Shown here piece by piece: positions 37,688 through 50,387 of a stretch of DNA of 64,000 bases (position 1 is its first letter; the number at the start of each line of letters is the position of its first letter). This DNA is from Marsupella aquatica (Eukaryota; Plantae; Marchantiophyta), in assembly GCA_973895155.1 (NCBI GenBank), contig OZ316896.1, positions 8,515,539-8,579,538 on the forward strand. The letters are read 5' to 3'. Below the pieces are notes generated by a model. That model did not search any database. It saw only the letters and a program-made list of their open reading frames with translations, and had not been told where the DNA came from. Position numbers and translations under genes: made by a program.

Positions 37688-39634
37688 CTGCAACACGAAA
37701 CTGAACTCTCCACGAGAACAAATTTAGAATGACTAACTAGGGCAAGGTTCATGAAAAACGGCCCTCTATCAATCACTTCAGCCTCCTCATAGGGTTGCTA
37801 GACTTGACCCTCGATCCAAAGATGCCATTACACGAGGAGATTGATTGACTCTGGTATTCCAACACCCAATTACAAAATTTGGGCTAGAATGTGTATTAAG
37901 TCGATTTACACTGAACGGAACACAAGTAGGGTTCATTGAAAGAATGAGACGAATCCCGAGGCAGGAAGTGATGTACGAGAAGGACCTGGTCACGTGATTT
38001 CCAACTTTTTGAGGTGGAAGTTCACCATTTGAACTCCCATAGTTCCAGCGCTGAAGACGCGTCTGAAATGAAGAGTAGCGTCTCACATTTGACCTATGTG
38101 ATCCAACCGACTCGGTGATAGAACCCATGAAAGCTTCAAACCAAGAGAGGGTCTCCGTACGTTGCCTGGTCTCTCACAACCATGAATTGCAATGCCCGAA
38201 TCGCTTGAAAAGCTCTTGGTCATTCTACATGTACATCATAGGGCTATTGTGTATCCTCACAGGTTCGACCGTTTGCGGACGTCATGAAATGTTATCAGGA
38301 AATGAGATGCCTTGCACAAATGCGACGATAGCATAACCAATAGTCTACCTGTAGAGAGCGCCATCTCTACTGCAGTAGTCTAACATACGTGTGAGAATCA
38401 ACAGACGCCCCTACGCAGGAATAGGGCTTTAGCAATAAGCATTGGTCAGAGCAGGCTTCATCGCATGTGGCACGACCCTCGTCTGGTTTCAAGATTGTAC
38501 AGAGACTAAGAGATCAGACTTTCCAGGTTTCGATTCATTATCATTTTGCCTTCAGTGGTGTATTGTCCAATTTGAGTCGATCCCCTCTTCACCAGTTCGA
38601 AGCAATGGAGCCTGTTCGATTTCTTATCCTCACCCACTCTCGAGCAAAAATAGCTATAGCACTCTTCCATCGAAATTGTCTCAGAACCAAAGAGGAACGC
38701 TCAATCAAAATCAAATTGAAATCTGGAAACAGGACATCGATCCAACCATGCCCTAATCTTCTCTATGATCCCACCGACTCTTCATCTAGCTCTGATCCGA
38801 TCTTCAAGAACATTCTGATCGCCACAACAGTGTTCCGTGATTGGACTCTTCCGGTTCGGGATCGTTGTGAGAACATCTGATTTCCAGCCCAAAAACCGAG
38901 GCAGCGAAGCCTGCGCTCAGCTACCTATGACGGCAAGTTCAGCCACGACTTTGCAAGAAGTACCAAAACGATGAGTGACGAGAAAAGCGCCTCCATGCTG
39001 CATTGATCCGTTTTGCTGTTACGTCAGCAGACTCTTCATTGACGCACAATTATTCTTCTGCCCCGAAAACGATGGCCCGTAGCGTTGTGACCAGTTTCTT
39101 TGCCACCCTAAACCCTAGAAACCCCGGTTTGGTTTCGTCTTGTCCGACAAATGAGGGGTCTGGACCCCCCACATCCCACATGTGTCACACCCGGCCCCGC
39201 CCTCAAACTGACCTTACCCTACCCCACACTGACCCGGCCCCGAACCGGGGGGCCGGCTTGCTAAACCGGGGGAGTCCGGGGGAGTCTGGGACCAGGCCAG
39301 GAGGGGTTGGGGAGAGTTTGGTTCCGGGCCGGGAAATATAGGCAAATATGTGACATTTGACCCCTTTTGGAACTGACAAATGACAAATTCTCGTATCTGA
39401 CAACACAACAACATGTTCAGACACATTCTCCATCAGTTCAAACCAGCTTAGAAACAGAAGATTGGAAGATAGGCAGAAGGCCAGGAAAATGCAAGATTGT
39501 GCGAATGGGACTCAGCCGCGTGCCCCAATGGCTTCTAAGGGCACCACATGGAGTGCCTGCCTGATCCCAACCAAAAATGCCATTACAGGAGGTGATTGAT
39601 TGACTCTGGTATGATACCCTACTGGATGCCCCTT

Positions 39635-39808
39635 GACATTATTCCAGGCCCTCCTGGTCACATATTTCACTAATAAATTGCAAAGAGAGACATTATTCCA
39701 GGCCCTCCTGGTCACATAGTTCACTAATAAATTGCAAAGAGAGACATTATTCCAGGCCCTCCCTGGTCAGATATTTCAACAATAATTCACCAATAAATTG
39801 CAAAGAGA
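39635..39808. repeat. 3 x 54-bp tandem repeat
   Basis: The unit gacattattccaggccctcctggtcacatatttcactaataaattgcaaagaga starts at 39635, 39689 and 39743. Confidence 0.93.
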
Positions 39809-39899
39809 AGCTAGAGTTGTTGTTGTCTTGGAAGTCTCCAGCCACTCTAGGGCCCCACCAAAATGATATGGTGCATGACATGACTCTAGAGTCCCCCCA

Positions 39900-40260
39900 A
39901 GATTTATGTGGATGGAACATATATGGCCCCACCAAAATGTTATCATGCACAACTATTTTTGTCATCATTTTTTACTAACATTCAAAGAATGGACATTAAG
40001 GCTCCTACTAGAATGGAGTGAATGCCCTGGCTTTGTGTTCTTTTTCTTTGTGCGAGCCTGAATGCCAATTTTTTGGATAAATAGAAATGATAGCTAAAAT
40101 TATTTGGTGTGTGGGACCATAGTCACGGTGTAGAAATTTCACTCTAGAAGCCTAAACCCCAACTCAAGCTTCTCATAATAATTTATTACTAAGATTTTGC
40201 TCACACATATGATAACCTAGCTAATGCCCTTTGTGCTTTTTCTCCTTGTATTTTTAAAGC
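39900..40260. repeat. Dispersed repeat family copy (probable non-autonomous TE)
   Basis: tatttttgtcatca...aacattcaaagaatgg matches 19860-19897. ctagaagcctaaaccccaactc...ttattactaagatt matches 54985-55037 and the reverse complement of 19725-19775. Confidence 0.7.
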
Positions 40261-41623
40261 ATTACTGGAGAAGGATGCGCAACCAACGGTTGGATCAGCT
40301 GATCATGAAGATTCTACTCTACTTTTATTAAAATTAGAAAAAATAAAAATCCTGTTCTCTAAGTTTACATAGGCAATAATAATTCCAGTCTCTATAATAT
40401 CAAAATTTCCTAGGTCCTACTAGAACATTATGAGCGTTAATAGCCTCTCATTACGGACCCCCATGAAGAGTACATTCCAGAATCCTTTGCACTATAGCGT
40501 GCCATGTCATGGCCACTCGTGGCAAACACAATTCATCAGTTTTGTGAATCAAAATAATGTGCCTCAGGCTAGAGGACGAGGACTGGAGCGGCGATGGCAG
40601 GCGAAGACGGCGCGGCGATGGCGGGAGGCGCAAGAGCTATGGAGATCAAGCGAAGACGGTGCTACATTGAGGCAGGGCACAGAAAGGGAGAGCGGAAGTG
40701 GCAGAAGTTAAGGAGGGAACGATAAGGGAATGGAAGTGGCGGGATCAACAATTAGTACAGACTCTGATCAACGATGGCCTGGGAATGGATTGCGCATATA
40801 CCAGCAAAGCAATGGACAATTTCCGGATGAAGATAAGTGACCAAGCTTGCAATGCGATATCATAGCTGGAATAAACTAGCAATTGAATTGAGTCAATCAA
40901 GAACAAACTAAGTAGGTCCAGAATAAAGTAGAGAAGGCTGGGAGAAAAATGTAAATGACCTGACAATAAAACATGAACGCAGCTCTAGGAACAAGGTGAA
41001 GTTAAGTTAGAAACTCAGAGAATTCGCGGGAGGCGCATATCTCCAATAACGAAAAGGCAACATTAAATTAAACCCCAGCTTGAGGTAAAACAGTATTTAG
41101 TCACACCAGGGAAAGAAGAAGATCACGTGGAAAATGGAGAACAAAGAACGTTCACAAGACAAGAATAACAATGCCAGCAAGAAGACCGGAAGCACCAGGA
41201 ACAGCCGACAAAAGACAGGGAATAAGAGGTAAACACACAGACAGAAACAAGAAGAAAGAAACCGTCAGCTTCGTGTACCAAAAGGAGGAATGGCAGGAGG
41301 AAATTCAAGAACGTCGGAAGTAACCCAAAGAGGGAATAAAAATACAAACAAGAAGGTACCAACGATGTCAGGAAAAAGAATAAAGAGCACATCAGAGAAC
41401 ATGGTCAAGAAAACTCATAACAAGAAGTGCATAAGGAATCTTTTCGGAGAGCATTGACTCACCGGAGATAAACCAAGACAAAAGAGTAACACCAAAAGCG
41501 GAAGAAAAGATGTAAAGACACGCACAAGTTATATAGAAGCAGAATCATTCGTCAAGAAGTCTAGGAATCAAGAGGTCCAGCCAGCAAGATACAGTCCGAA
41601 TCAGCAAATTCACACATACCACA

Positions 41624-42925
41624 ATGGCAAAGCTGAGTGAAATCTTCAAGGCAAAAGGGCTAGCATGTGCAAGGGAAGATAACCCATCTAAGCAAGTGGA
41701 GGAAATTGCAGGTGCATCAAACACAACAACCTCAGCGCAGGAACGCAGACTGGAAGAACTAATGGCAGATGAGGGAGGCGACAACATGAACGGCCTAGAC
41801 ATAGTCACAAATTCCATCAACAGGTGGACAATCACATCCGAATGCAAAGCCGCAATCAACTCCCTGTCGGCGTCCACTCAACAGGCGGACAACTCGAAGG
41901 TAAAGCTACAACTGGATATAAGTATAAACAAAGCGTCCAAAACCGTAACCGAGCTCATTTCCAATGCTTTCTTTGCTGGAAGAGTTCCCACGTATCTCCA
42001 ATTCCTAAAGTGGTCTGAATACGAATTCTGGTTTAAGAGGAAGTGGAAGCTGAAAAATGTTAAGTTCGTGGGGAAGAACTATTTTCTAATCACGTTTTAC
42101 TTGGCAGACCACAAGCGGCTAGCACTAGGTAACTCACCCTGGTACCTAGGCAACCAGTATGTGTATTGTGCTCCGTGGGACCCAACATTCTCACTTCGCT
42201 CGTCTTTTCTGGGGAGGATGCCGATCTGGGCTGATCTGAAATATAGAGAGCTGGCATTGGATGGCTGTGGTCAACAGATGTTTGCACGGATGGGAGAAAT
42301 CCTTCAATTCTATCCAGCTTCTGATGGATCCTCATCCCCGCACGACCGTGCCTGTATTCTGTGGGACATGAACCAGCCGCTGCCGGAAATTCTGGTTATT
42401 AGAATGTGTATCGAGGAAGGAGATGATCCTATCACCATTAATCAGCACATAGAGTATACACACATCCCCTTTGTATGTTTTAAATGCAAGGAGCTTGGGC
42501 ACGTTGCCTCCAACTGCCCAAGGATCATCCCTGGACCAACCCCAGTAGTGGATAACTATCCCAATCATTCCATTCATCTGGAGGGCAATCGCACGACACC
42601 TCCCTCCCATGATGAACGGGTTGATAACCACTGTTTAATCGATACTTGGGCTCACTCCGGTCAGGGGAGATTACCAGACTCAACTATAATATCTAAGGGG
42701 CTGCTTCCCACTCCATCGCTTAGCCTCGTTACTAATGCAGTAAAAATACCATACAATTTGGTTCTAGAGAATAGGGACTCTATCAGGATCTCGAGATCTC
42801 AAGTACTCTTCCCGGCAACCAACCATACAATCCCTATCCAACCGAGGAGGATCCACCTAGACCCGGATGATCTCTCCATTGCACTCCGAGCTGATAATGG
42901 ATGTACCTTCGGCTGCCCTCTCTAG
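41624..42925 (+). CDS. LINE ORF1 (DUF4283-like RRM region plus CCHC zinc knuckle), probably truncated at both ends
   Basis: KFVGKNYFLITF...LGNSPWYLG...PWDPTF, PIWADL and the knuckle CFKCKELGHVASNC are typical of plant L1 ORF1. Confidence 0.85.
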   Translation: MAKLSEIFKAKGLACAREDNPSKQVEEIAGASNTTTSAQERRLEELMADEGGDNMNGLDIVTNSINRWTITSECKAAINSLSASTQQADNSKVKLQLDISINKASKTVTELISNAFFAGRVPTYLQFLKWSEYEFWFKRKWKLKNVKFVGKNYFLITFYLADHKRLALGNSPWYLGNQYVYCAPWDPTFSLRSSFLGRMPIWADLKYRELALDGCGQQMFARMGEILQFYPASDGSSSPHDRACILWDMNQPLPEILVIRMCIEEGDDPITINQHIEYTHIPFVCFKCKELGHVASNCPRIIPGPTPVVDNYPNHSIHLEGNRTTPPSHDERVDNHCLIDTWAHSGQGRLPDSTIISKGLLPTPSLSLVTNAVKIPYNLVLENRDSIRISRSQVLFPATNHTIPIQPRRIHLDPDDLSIALRADNGCTFGCPL

Positions 42926-43260
42926 GAAGGACGCATGTGCCCTCTCCATATATTCAGATGAGAGACCTTGGCTACCCGAACCTTTTCGCCCCAGCTGGGT
43001 CCGGAGGCGAGTCCACAAGGGAATGCTTTGGGGTCAGGGCTCCCCCACTTTCTAATCCGTTGGCTGTTGCTTTTTCAAGGGATCACATGGCTGGTTGCAC
43101 TCAAACAGATGCGGGAGGGATGGGGGCCCACTCAACTCAAGCGGAGCCAATCAGGAGGATCAAGCAACTAATCCGAGTATGAAACGATATCGGGTTCAAC
43201 ATCAACAAATAAGGAAGTCCACTAAGGTTCTCTCTCTCCCATAACTGTCTGGCTCATTAA

Positions 43261-46200
43261 ATGGCAAATCAAATAAATCTAGCGTTCTGGAACGTATCGG
43301 GACTTTGTGATCCTAACCGAAAATATGTTATACGTAAGTGGATTAGGGACCTAGGTTACACATTGCACTTTCTCTCTCTCCTGGAAATTAAGGCTGATGA
43401 ATTCCGACTAATCTCCGCTCTTACCTTCTTACTCCCAGGATACCAAACCCTTATTTCTCCCCCACTTTCGGGGAAGGGGGGAGCAGCCATGCTGGTCCAC
43501 CCCTCCCTTCGTATTATAGATTCTGGTATCTCACCCATAAGTAGCGTCATTTGGGCGCGGATAAGGAGTGACATGGGCAATTTTGGCATTGTCAGTTTAT
43601 ACGCCTCTAATGTCTCGTCGGTCCGAACCAGCCTATGGATGCACCTCTCTGATACCCTGCCAAGGGGGGACTGGATTTTTGCAGGAGACTTTAACATGAC
43701 AGAGGAAGCACGAGATTCAGTCGCAGCACACTCGTCGTTGCTTTCGGGCTCTGAGCTGACATCCTGGCGTGTTTTGAAATGTAGATTCGACTTATTGGAT
43801 GTCTATAATATTGTTTGCTGCGTACCAGGATCCAGGTACACATGGAGACGAGATACACTATCAGGAGTGCTCCAGTCGCGTCTAGACCGGTTTTATATAA
43901 GCAACCGGGGTGCCTGGTTTAATAATATTATATCCTTAATCCATCATCACGATCGACCCCTTTCTGACCACTATCCGGTCTCTCTATCTGGGATTATTAA
44001 CTCTCAAACCAACGACGCCAGAGATTCTCTTAGATCCTCTTACTTCAAGGCCAACTCTTGGGTTCTGGGAAATGAAAATTATATGGAGCGGCTGAAGCGT
44101 GCCTGGCTGGATTCCTCTCCCCGACCAGAGGACCCACAGGTAGCTTTTCTTTTAGCTAGTAAATGACTTCGTCGGGAGTATATAACCATACAATAAAAAT
44201 AAAATGACAAACATATTTTCGAGTCTGATCTTAGATCGCGAGTACTCTCTTTGCGTTCTTTGGCAGACTCCAACTGCTCGGGGAACTCTCTAAACTTACG
44301 TAGGGCTGAATCTGATCTTCGAGACTTTGAATTTAGGGAAGCAATCGCTTTGAGAAGGAAATCTAGAATTAGGTGGCTAGGAATAGGGGACGCATCCACG
44401 AAATTCTTCTTTAATATCGTCCACATTCAACAGCAGCGGGCGTCAATCCCGGTCCTCCGTCTGGATGATGACACCCTCCTATCAGACAGAAATCTGATCC
44501 TTTGCGAAGTAGGGAAATTTTACCGGATTCTTTACTCTCCTGACGCCCCGGAGACATCACTGAACGAGACAGCTAGGAAGGAAATTCTCAGGTTCTCCAA
44601 CTCCCGCCTCTCCGCGGATGAATCTTCTTTCTTAGATGCGGTCCTGACCCTATCTGAGCTCCATTCTATAGCCAAGCAACTGCAGAAGAACAAAGCCCCA
44701 GGGATCAATGGGCTTACTGTAGAGGTATTTTTGAAATGTTGAGATTTTATTGCCCCGGCCTTTCTTGGCATGCTCCTATCCTTTTGGACGGATGGTATTA
44801 TGATCCCAGGGTTCCTAGACGGAGTAATTAAGCTGGTCCCTAAATCCAATGATAAATCCAGGCTCACGGACTGGAGACCGATAACTCTTTTGAATATTGC
44901 TTACAAGATAGTCGCTAAGTTGATAGCTATTCGGCTTCGACAAGTACTGCCAAAGATGGTTAATTTTCAGCAAACAGGGTTTGTCCCGGGACGTCAAATT
45001 CTGGACAATATATCAATTGCTTGGCTAGCCAGTGACTGGCTTACCACTAATAATGTCCAGGCCCTTTTTCTGAAGATGGATTTCTCGAAGGCCTTTGATA
45101 GAGTAAATCACCAGTATATCAGGGAAACACCCTTCTAACCTTAGGACTCAGTGTCTCGCTCACGAGAAATATAATGGGATTGATGCACCATGCTTCGGCC
45201 AAGGTGCATGTCAATGGCCAATTCTCTGAGCCCATTCTCCTATTGAGAGGTGTTCGGCAAGGCTGCCCCCTGGCTCCCATGATCTTTACGCTATCCACGC
45301 AACTGCTTATGGATTATTTTGACGCGGCCCTTCTAGCTGGTGAAGTCCACGGAAAAAAAATAAACAGGAGTCTTACTCTCTTCCATCAATTCTTTGCTGA
45401 TGACCTGGGGATTTTCACCCCCACCCGAGAATCGTGCTTCCGGGAAATACAAGACAAGATGGCTAATTATGAATTGGCTGCAGGAGCTCGGTTGAATCTC
45501 AAGAAAACTGAAGTTCTCACTTTTTGTATGCCAACGACTCCGCAATGGCTGGCTAATTCAAAATGTGTAATCATTTCCCAGGGCCATATATCCAGTTACC
45601 TCGGGGCTCCTTTGGGTCAGAACTTATCTATGCGACAGTTACAAGACTTCTGCACTGAGAAGTTGACCACAAGAATTTCGGGTTGGTCTAATAAGAATTT
45701 TTCCTTCACTAGTAGGGTGATTCTGATTAAACAAGTTTTGCTTTCCATGACTGTGTATCATATGATGTATTCTCATTTGGCAGATGGGATATCCGACGCG
45801 ATTCAGAAAATTTGTAAAGACTTCCTTTGGGGCTTTAATAAAAATGGGGGGAGGAAAACCCCTTTGGTTTCCTGGGCGCACTTGTCCAGTCCAAAGCAAT
45901 ACGGGGGGCTGGGCTTTAAGGACATTAAAATGCAGGCTTTGGCCCTTCTTGCCCGATGGGCTACCTGGATGGTCTCAGACCCGGGCTCGGAGTGGGCTAC
46001 TCTCTTTTCGGCTAATCTCAGGCTGGCTGCTTGGAAAGAATCGGTTCATCTTCGCCAATTGGGTTATTCTACCATGGATAAATTCTTGTTCTCCACCCCT
46101 GCTAGTTTCCGAGGGATGATCTATACGGCTGGGATTTGGAAGGCCTGGTCCCTGATTCGGCGCCACCTGAATTGGGATTCTAACTCTTCTGCGGTCCCTG

Positions 46201-47159
46201 CCAGATGGTCTGTTGTGGATCTCATTCTCACTTATCTTCGCTCCCATCCCTTCCCTGCCTCCGCTCGTCCTTGCCTTTTGAGTGCTTGCTCCCGTATAAA
46301 CATTCATACGATTGCTGACTTGTGGGATTGGGATGCGGGAGATTGGATTAGCTTCTCGTGCAGACTGGCACGTTTGCGCGGGGTGGGAGCACAAGCGGCT
46401 GGATTCTTATCCAACTTTATTCTGCTCCTCCAAAGCGGACCTCCTCCATTGCTTGATTGCTCCTATGATGAATCCCAATGGCATTGGCGGGGCCAGGAGG
46501 ATCACCCATTCCCCCGGTTGCTCCGTAGTAGTCAGGCTTTTAATTTGCTGGATTACTCCTCTCCTGATTTTGGGACATTTAACGTAAGGTGGGGAGTGTC
46601 GGACTCTGTTGGTGTTTGGCAGCGCAGGTGGAGGAGGATTTGGCGCTCTGATCTATCCAATCGCGGGAAGATCTTTTTGTGGCGGGTGTTGGCTACTGGA
46701 TTGTTCACAGGGAAGCGTGCCCTCCAATGTGGAAGCGATGACGGCAAGTGCCCATTTTGCAGAACCTGCCCGGAGGACAATCCCCATATTTTCTTCCTGT
46801 GTCCACAGGCCTCCATTGCGTGGAATCGCACGGCATGGTTCTATGAGCGGGTGCCAGCTCTCTCTCACCTGCCCGGGGGAAGCTCCTTCCTTTGCCTTCT
46901 AGACCAGTCTTTGGGCCGGTCTCCCAGGCTCTCTGCTCGTCTTTTTGTTGTGTATGAAACTGTTTGGCTCCTATGGAAAAATCGTAACACCATGGTGTTT
47001 CGGGGCCAATCTGTCACCTTTTCCCCCTTTGCAGTTGCTTCCTCTGTGGTTCTCCACCTTCAGGCGGTGGCGCAGTGTTCCGACTCTGAAACTCAAGTTC
47101 GGCGGCTACACTATGCTGGGAAATACATCTCCAATCCCTTGGCAGCCATCTCCTGCTAA
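43261..47159 (+). pseudogene. LINE ORF2 (AP endonuclease, reverse transcriptase, zf-RVT), disrupted
   Basis: Endonuclease: WNVSGL, GDFN, SRLDRFY, SDHYPV. RT: WRPITLLN, QTGFVPGRQI, KMDFSKAFDRV, GVRQGCPLAP, FADD. C-terminal CPFC...HIFFLC. Premature stops near 44164, 44194, 44200 and 44740, and a frameshift near 45130. Confidence 0.95.
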
Positions 47160-50100
47160 GGCCTCCTCCTTTGCTTCTTGGCTTATAGTGCTCCCTATAT
47201 AGACCTTTAGTAGCCTTCCCAGTTTTCTTTGGCGGCCTTCACTCCTCGTGCTCCTGGTTCACCACCCTTCTTCTCTTGTTTGTCCAGGTTTGCCCAATCC
47301 CTCTTCGTTCTTTCCCTCTCTATGGGGTACCCCCAGTATATATACTTCTCTCTCTTCTGGTGGGTTTTCGGGGGCCCTTCCCTGGTCTCCGGTCTCTGCC
47401 AACGTCTCCCCCTGCTCTGGACTTTCCCTCTCGGGTTTTTCTGGCTGGTCTGGGTCGTATCCGATGTGGTCCCTTATGGATGTGCTCCCTTCGGCTTTGG
47501 CACTCCCCCTTTTGGAGGGCTCTGCTTCGGTCTTGGTGTGCGGCTGGCCGGCGGTATTTCTTGGTCCGGATCCTCTTCTTCCTCGGATGGTCCGGTCGGC
47601 AGCTCTGGGCTGCAGTTTGGTGGTTCGGCTCGACGCTCGGCATTCCCCGCATCTGGTTTTCTCGACCCGGCTCTGGGCTTGGGGGATCCTTGCCTGGGTG
47701 GATCTTATCCCGGCTCCCGGCTTCCTTTCTCCTCTGCTATGACATTAGGCTATAGATTTTCTTTGGACTGGTGGGGGTGGCTGCTTTCCTTCGTGGCAAC
47801 CGGCTCCTCGGTTATTCTTCCTTCTTCCGCCCTGATTTTGGGCAGACATTTTTGCTGTCTTGTTCTGTATTTTAGTCTCCGGGATTCTCTCTAGCATAGT
47901 GATTAGTTACTATTAGCGTCTTGGCACACATTCTCCTCTCACCACCCCGGGTTGGCTACTCTCATTCTGATTTGCGTTGCCATGCTCCTCATTTTTTCAG
48001 GAGGTCCTCCTTGGATCAGTTGGGGTTTTGGCTGGCTCCCTTCTCCACTGGGCCGGATTGCCTGCTGTTGGTATTGGGGTGCTCCCTTTCCTCGGGGTCC
48101 TCTCTCGGCATGGATGGATCTGTCCTCTTGGGATCCTCCCTGGCGCTGGGGCCAACTTTGAGTCGTTTCCGATGCTCTGGATCTGCCTCGGGTCTTCTTT
48201 TGTGATCTCTCGGTTGACGCTATTCTCCCGATGCCGCGGCTCCCAACACCTATTCAACTGCTCTCCACTGGGCTCCTGATCTTGCTCCCTGCTGGACTTC
48301 GATGGCTCCTTCACATGATTGGCTGATAGCTGGTGCCTCTCTTGTGGGACCCATCCCCCCTTGGTCCATGTGGCTGCCCCCATTTTCCATCATCAATGGC
48401 TCCCGGGTTGAGATTCTGGTGGGGTCGGTGATGCAGACTTGGCGTAGACTGGGGGCCACTGTCTTTCCTCCTGTCTTGGGTCGAAGGTTTGGAGCATACC
48501 TCTTGCGTGGTTTCTCGAGTTGCTGGTGCTGCTGTTTTTCTGGCGGTTCCTGCTGCTTTCTATGAGTGGGATGTGGCTCCGTGGCTGTCTGGGTTGGAGT
48601 CGGCTCCCGGTGATTTCGGTGCTGCTGGGGCTTACTTGCGGTCTACGTTGCGGTTCGGCTTTCCTGGCTGGTGGTGTGGGGGGTCGGCCTTGATCTTTCC
48701 GGGTCCCAGGTGCGTCCTGGCTCTGTGGGCGGTTTGGTGGCCTTTTCGGTTGGGGCTGGCGTTCTCCCCTTTTTGGGTGTTGGTTTCTTTGGGGGCTCTT
48801 CCCCCTTTTGGCTTTGGTTGCCTCCTTCCCTCTGGCGGCCGGCTTGCCGGTGTGTTGGTTTTTCCATGGTCGCCTCCTCCCCTTATGGCGTCCGGTCTTC
48901 TGTTGGCTTCTTTTCTCTGGGTGTGCTCCTCCTTTTAGCCCCCTTAATTGTGGTTCTCTTTCTTTTTCTTCCTCTGCCCCCTTCTCCTGGGTGAGTTTGT
49001 TGTTTCCCCCTTGGAATAAAGTTGTTGGGGCTCTGTCCCCCATTTGTAAAAATAATAAATAAATAAATAAATAAATAAAAATGTGCCTCAGTCATGGTCA
49101 CCATACCATCAAAACAAAACATAAAAACTCAAAACTACAAACGCTGAGACTATATGTGGTTCTCCATCAAATGTGATTAGTATTCATAGTCACTAGCTTG
49201 AGTGCTAATTGTTTGACCATAAATACAGGTGAGCATATCCAAGCCTAATGTGCCATGTTCAAGACTCACCCTTCCCCAATCCCCTATGTCCACTCGCACC
49301 CCCAATTTTATTTTTGTTACGCCCCAAGTCACGATCCTCTAGAGCTTTCACTCTCTAGATGTAGAGTCGGAATGAGGCTATGTAGTTAGATTCAATCCAG
49401 TTGGCCCATAATGGAACAAACCGCTTTTTAATAGTTGCACCACTTGACTTCATTGGTCTCATAATGTGGAAAGTTGGCATTGAGGAGATATGATAAATCC
49501 AAGACCTGCAAGAGTTTTAAGCATTGCAGGCAAGTAGAACCGGTACCGTAACAAGTACAGTAGATTTGTGAAAGCGGATGACTATAAAATCGATGCTCTA
49601 TGTCAACATGCTCCCAAATTCCAAGCCAGGGCATTATTCAACGACGAGTTGAATAGATCCGGTGTGTGTATTGTGAATTGCGAGGTCCACAGATGAAGCG
49701 GGAACACGTAGCAGTGCAATTGAGCGGTTTATCAATGGAATGTGCGGTAGATCACTAGTAAGAGATGGAGTATTCCTTCTTTGCTTGGATCGGTCAAAAA
49801 GGTTTCCTGCGGAAGTGTCGTCGTCTTAGAATGATTGCAGAACACGCCTTGGCGTTTTGCTTGATATGGGATTTGCCGTGGATTTCGATTTCGAGTTTCG
49901 CGCCTGGGATTCTCTCATTCATATAAAGCTGAGTGAATAGTTATGGTCACGATTTAACACGGTGTTCGTAGAATTCACAGGGATCCGTTTAAGTTAATTC
50001 AATCGATGAATATCACTCCAAAGGAAAGAGAAGACCCGAACATTACTTTTAAAACAGGAGATGGGTCCAGTGAACTACTGATCAAATGTGTCCTTCTTCA

Positions 50101-50387
50101 GCAAGCATCAGATGGTTCTTGATTGCGTGGATAGAAAGAACTTTTTCTTTTCTTGAAAAGGAGAGCCGCCTACAATGTCATGATTTTACAAGCCTCCATA
50201 ATAAGAACTCTTGCACATGTGCAAACTCTGACGCTCATCTCAAATTTTCACCAGCTAGCATTCACTCACTAAGCAAATGAAGGTGATCCTGCATGTCCTA
50301 ATAATGTACACTGCTTCGAGTAGGTTCTCGACCGAAGGTGATGATTGTGTCCTCTGCCCATGATGTCCAGCCAAGGAACCGTGAATT

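Larger units (their letters stand above)
40568..49079 (+). mobile_element. Full-length, inactivated L1-clade non-LTR retrotransposon (LINE), ~8.5 kb
   Basis: 12-bp TSD AATGTGCCTCAG at 40556-40567 and 49080-49091, an (AATA)n tail at ~49048-49079, and ORF1 plus an APE-RT ORF2 between them. Confidence 0.95.

Noticed and set aside
47229-49062. Many overlapping plus-strand ORFs (100-221 aa) as protein genes
   Set aside because: They are open in all three frames because the strand lacks A and therefore stop codons. Most start at TTG/GTG and none has a recognisable motif.
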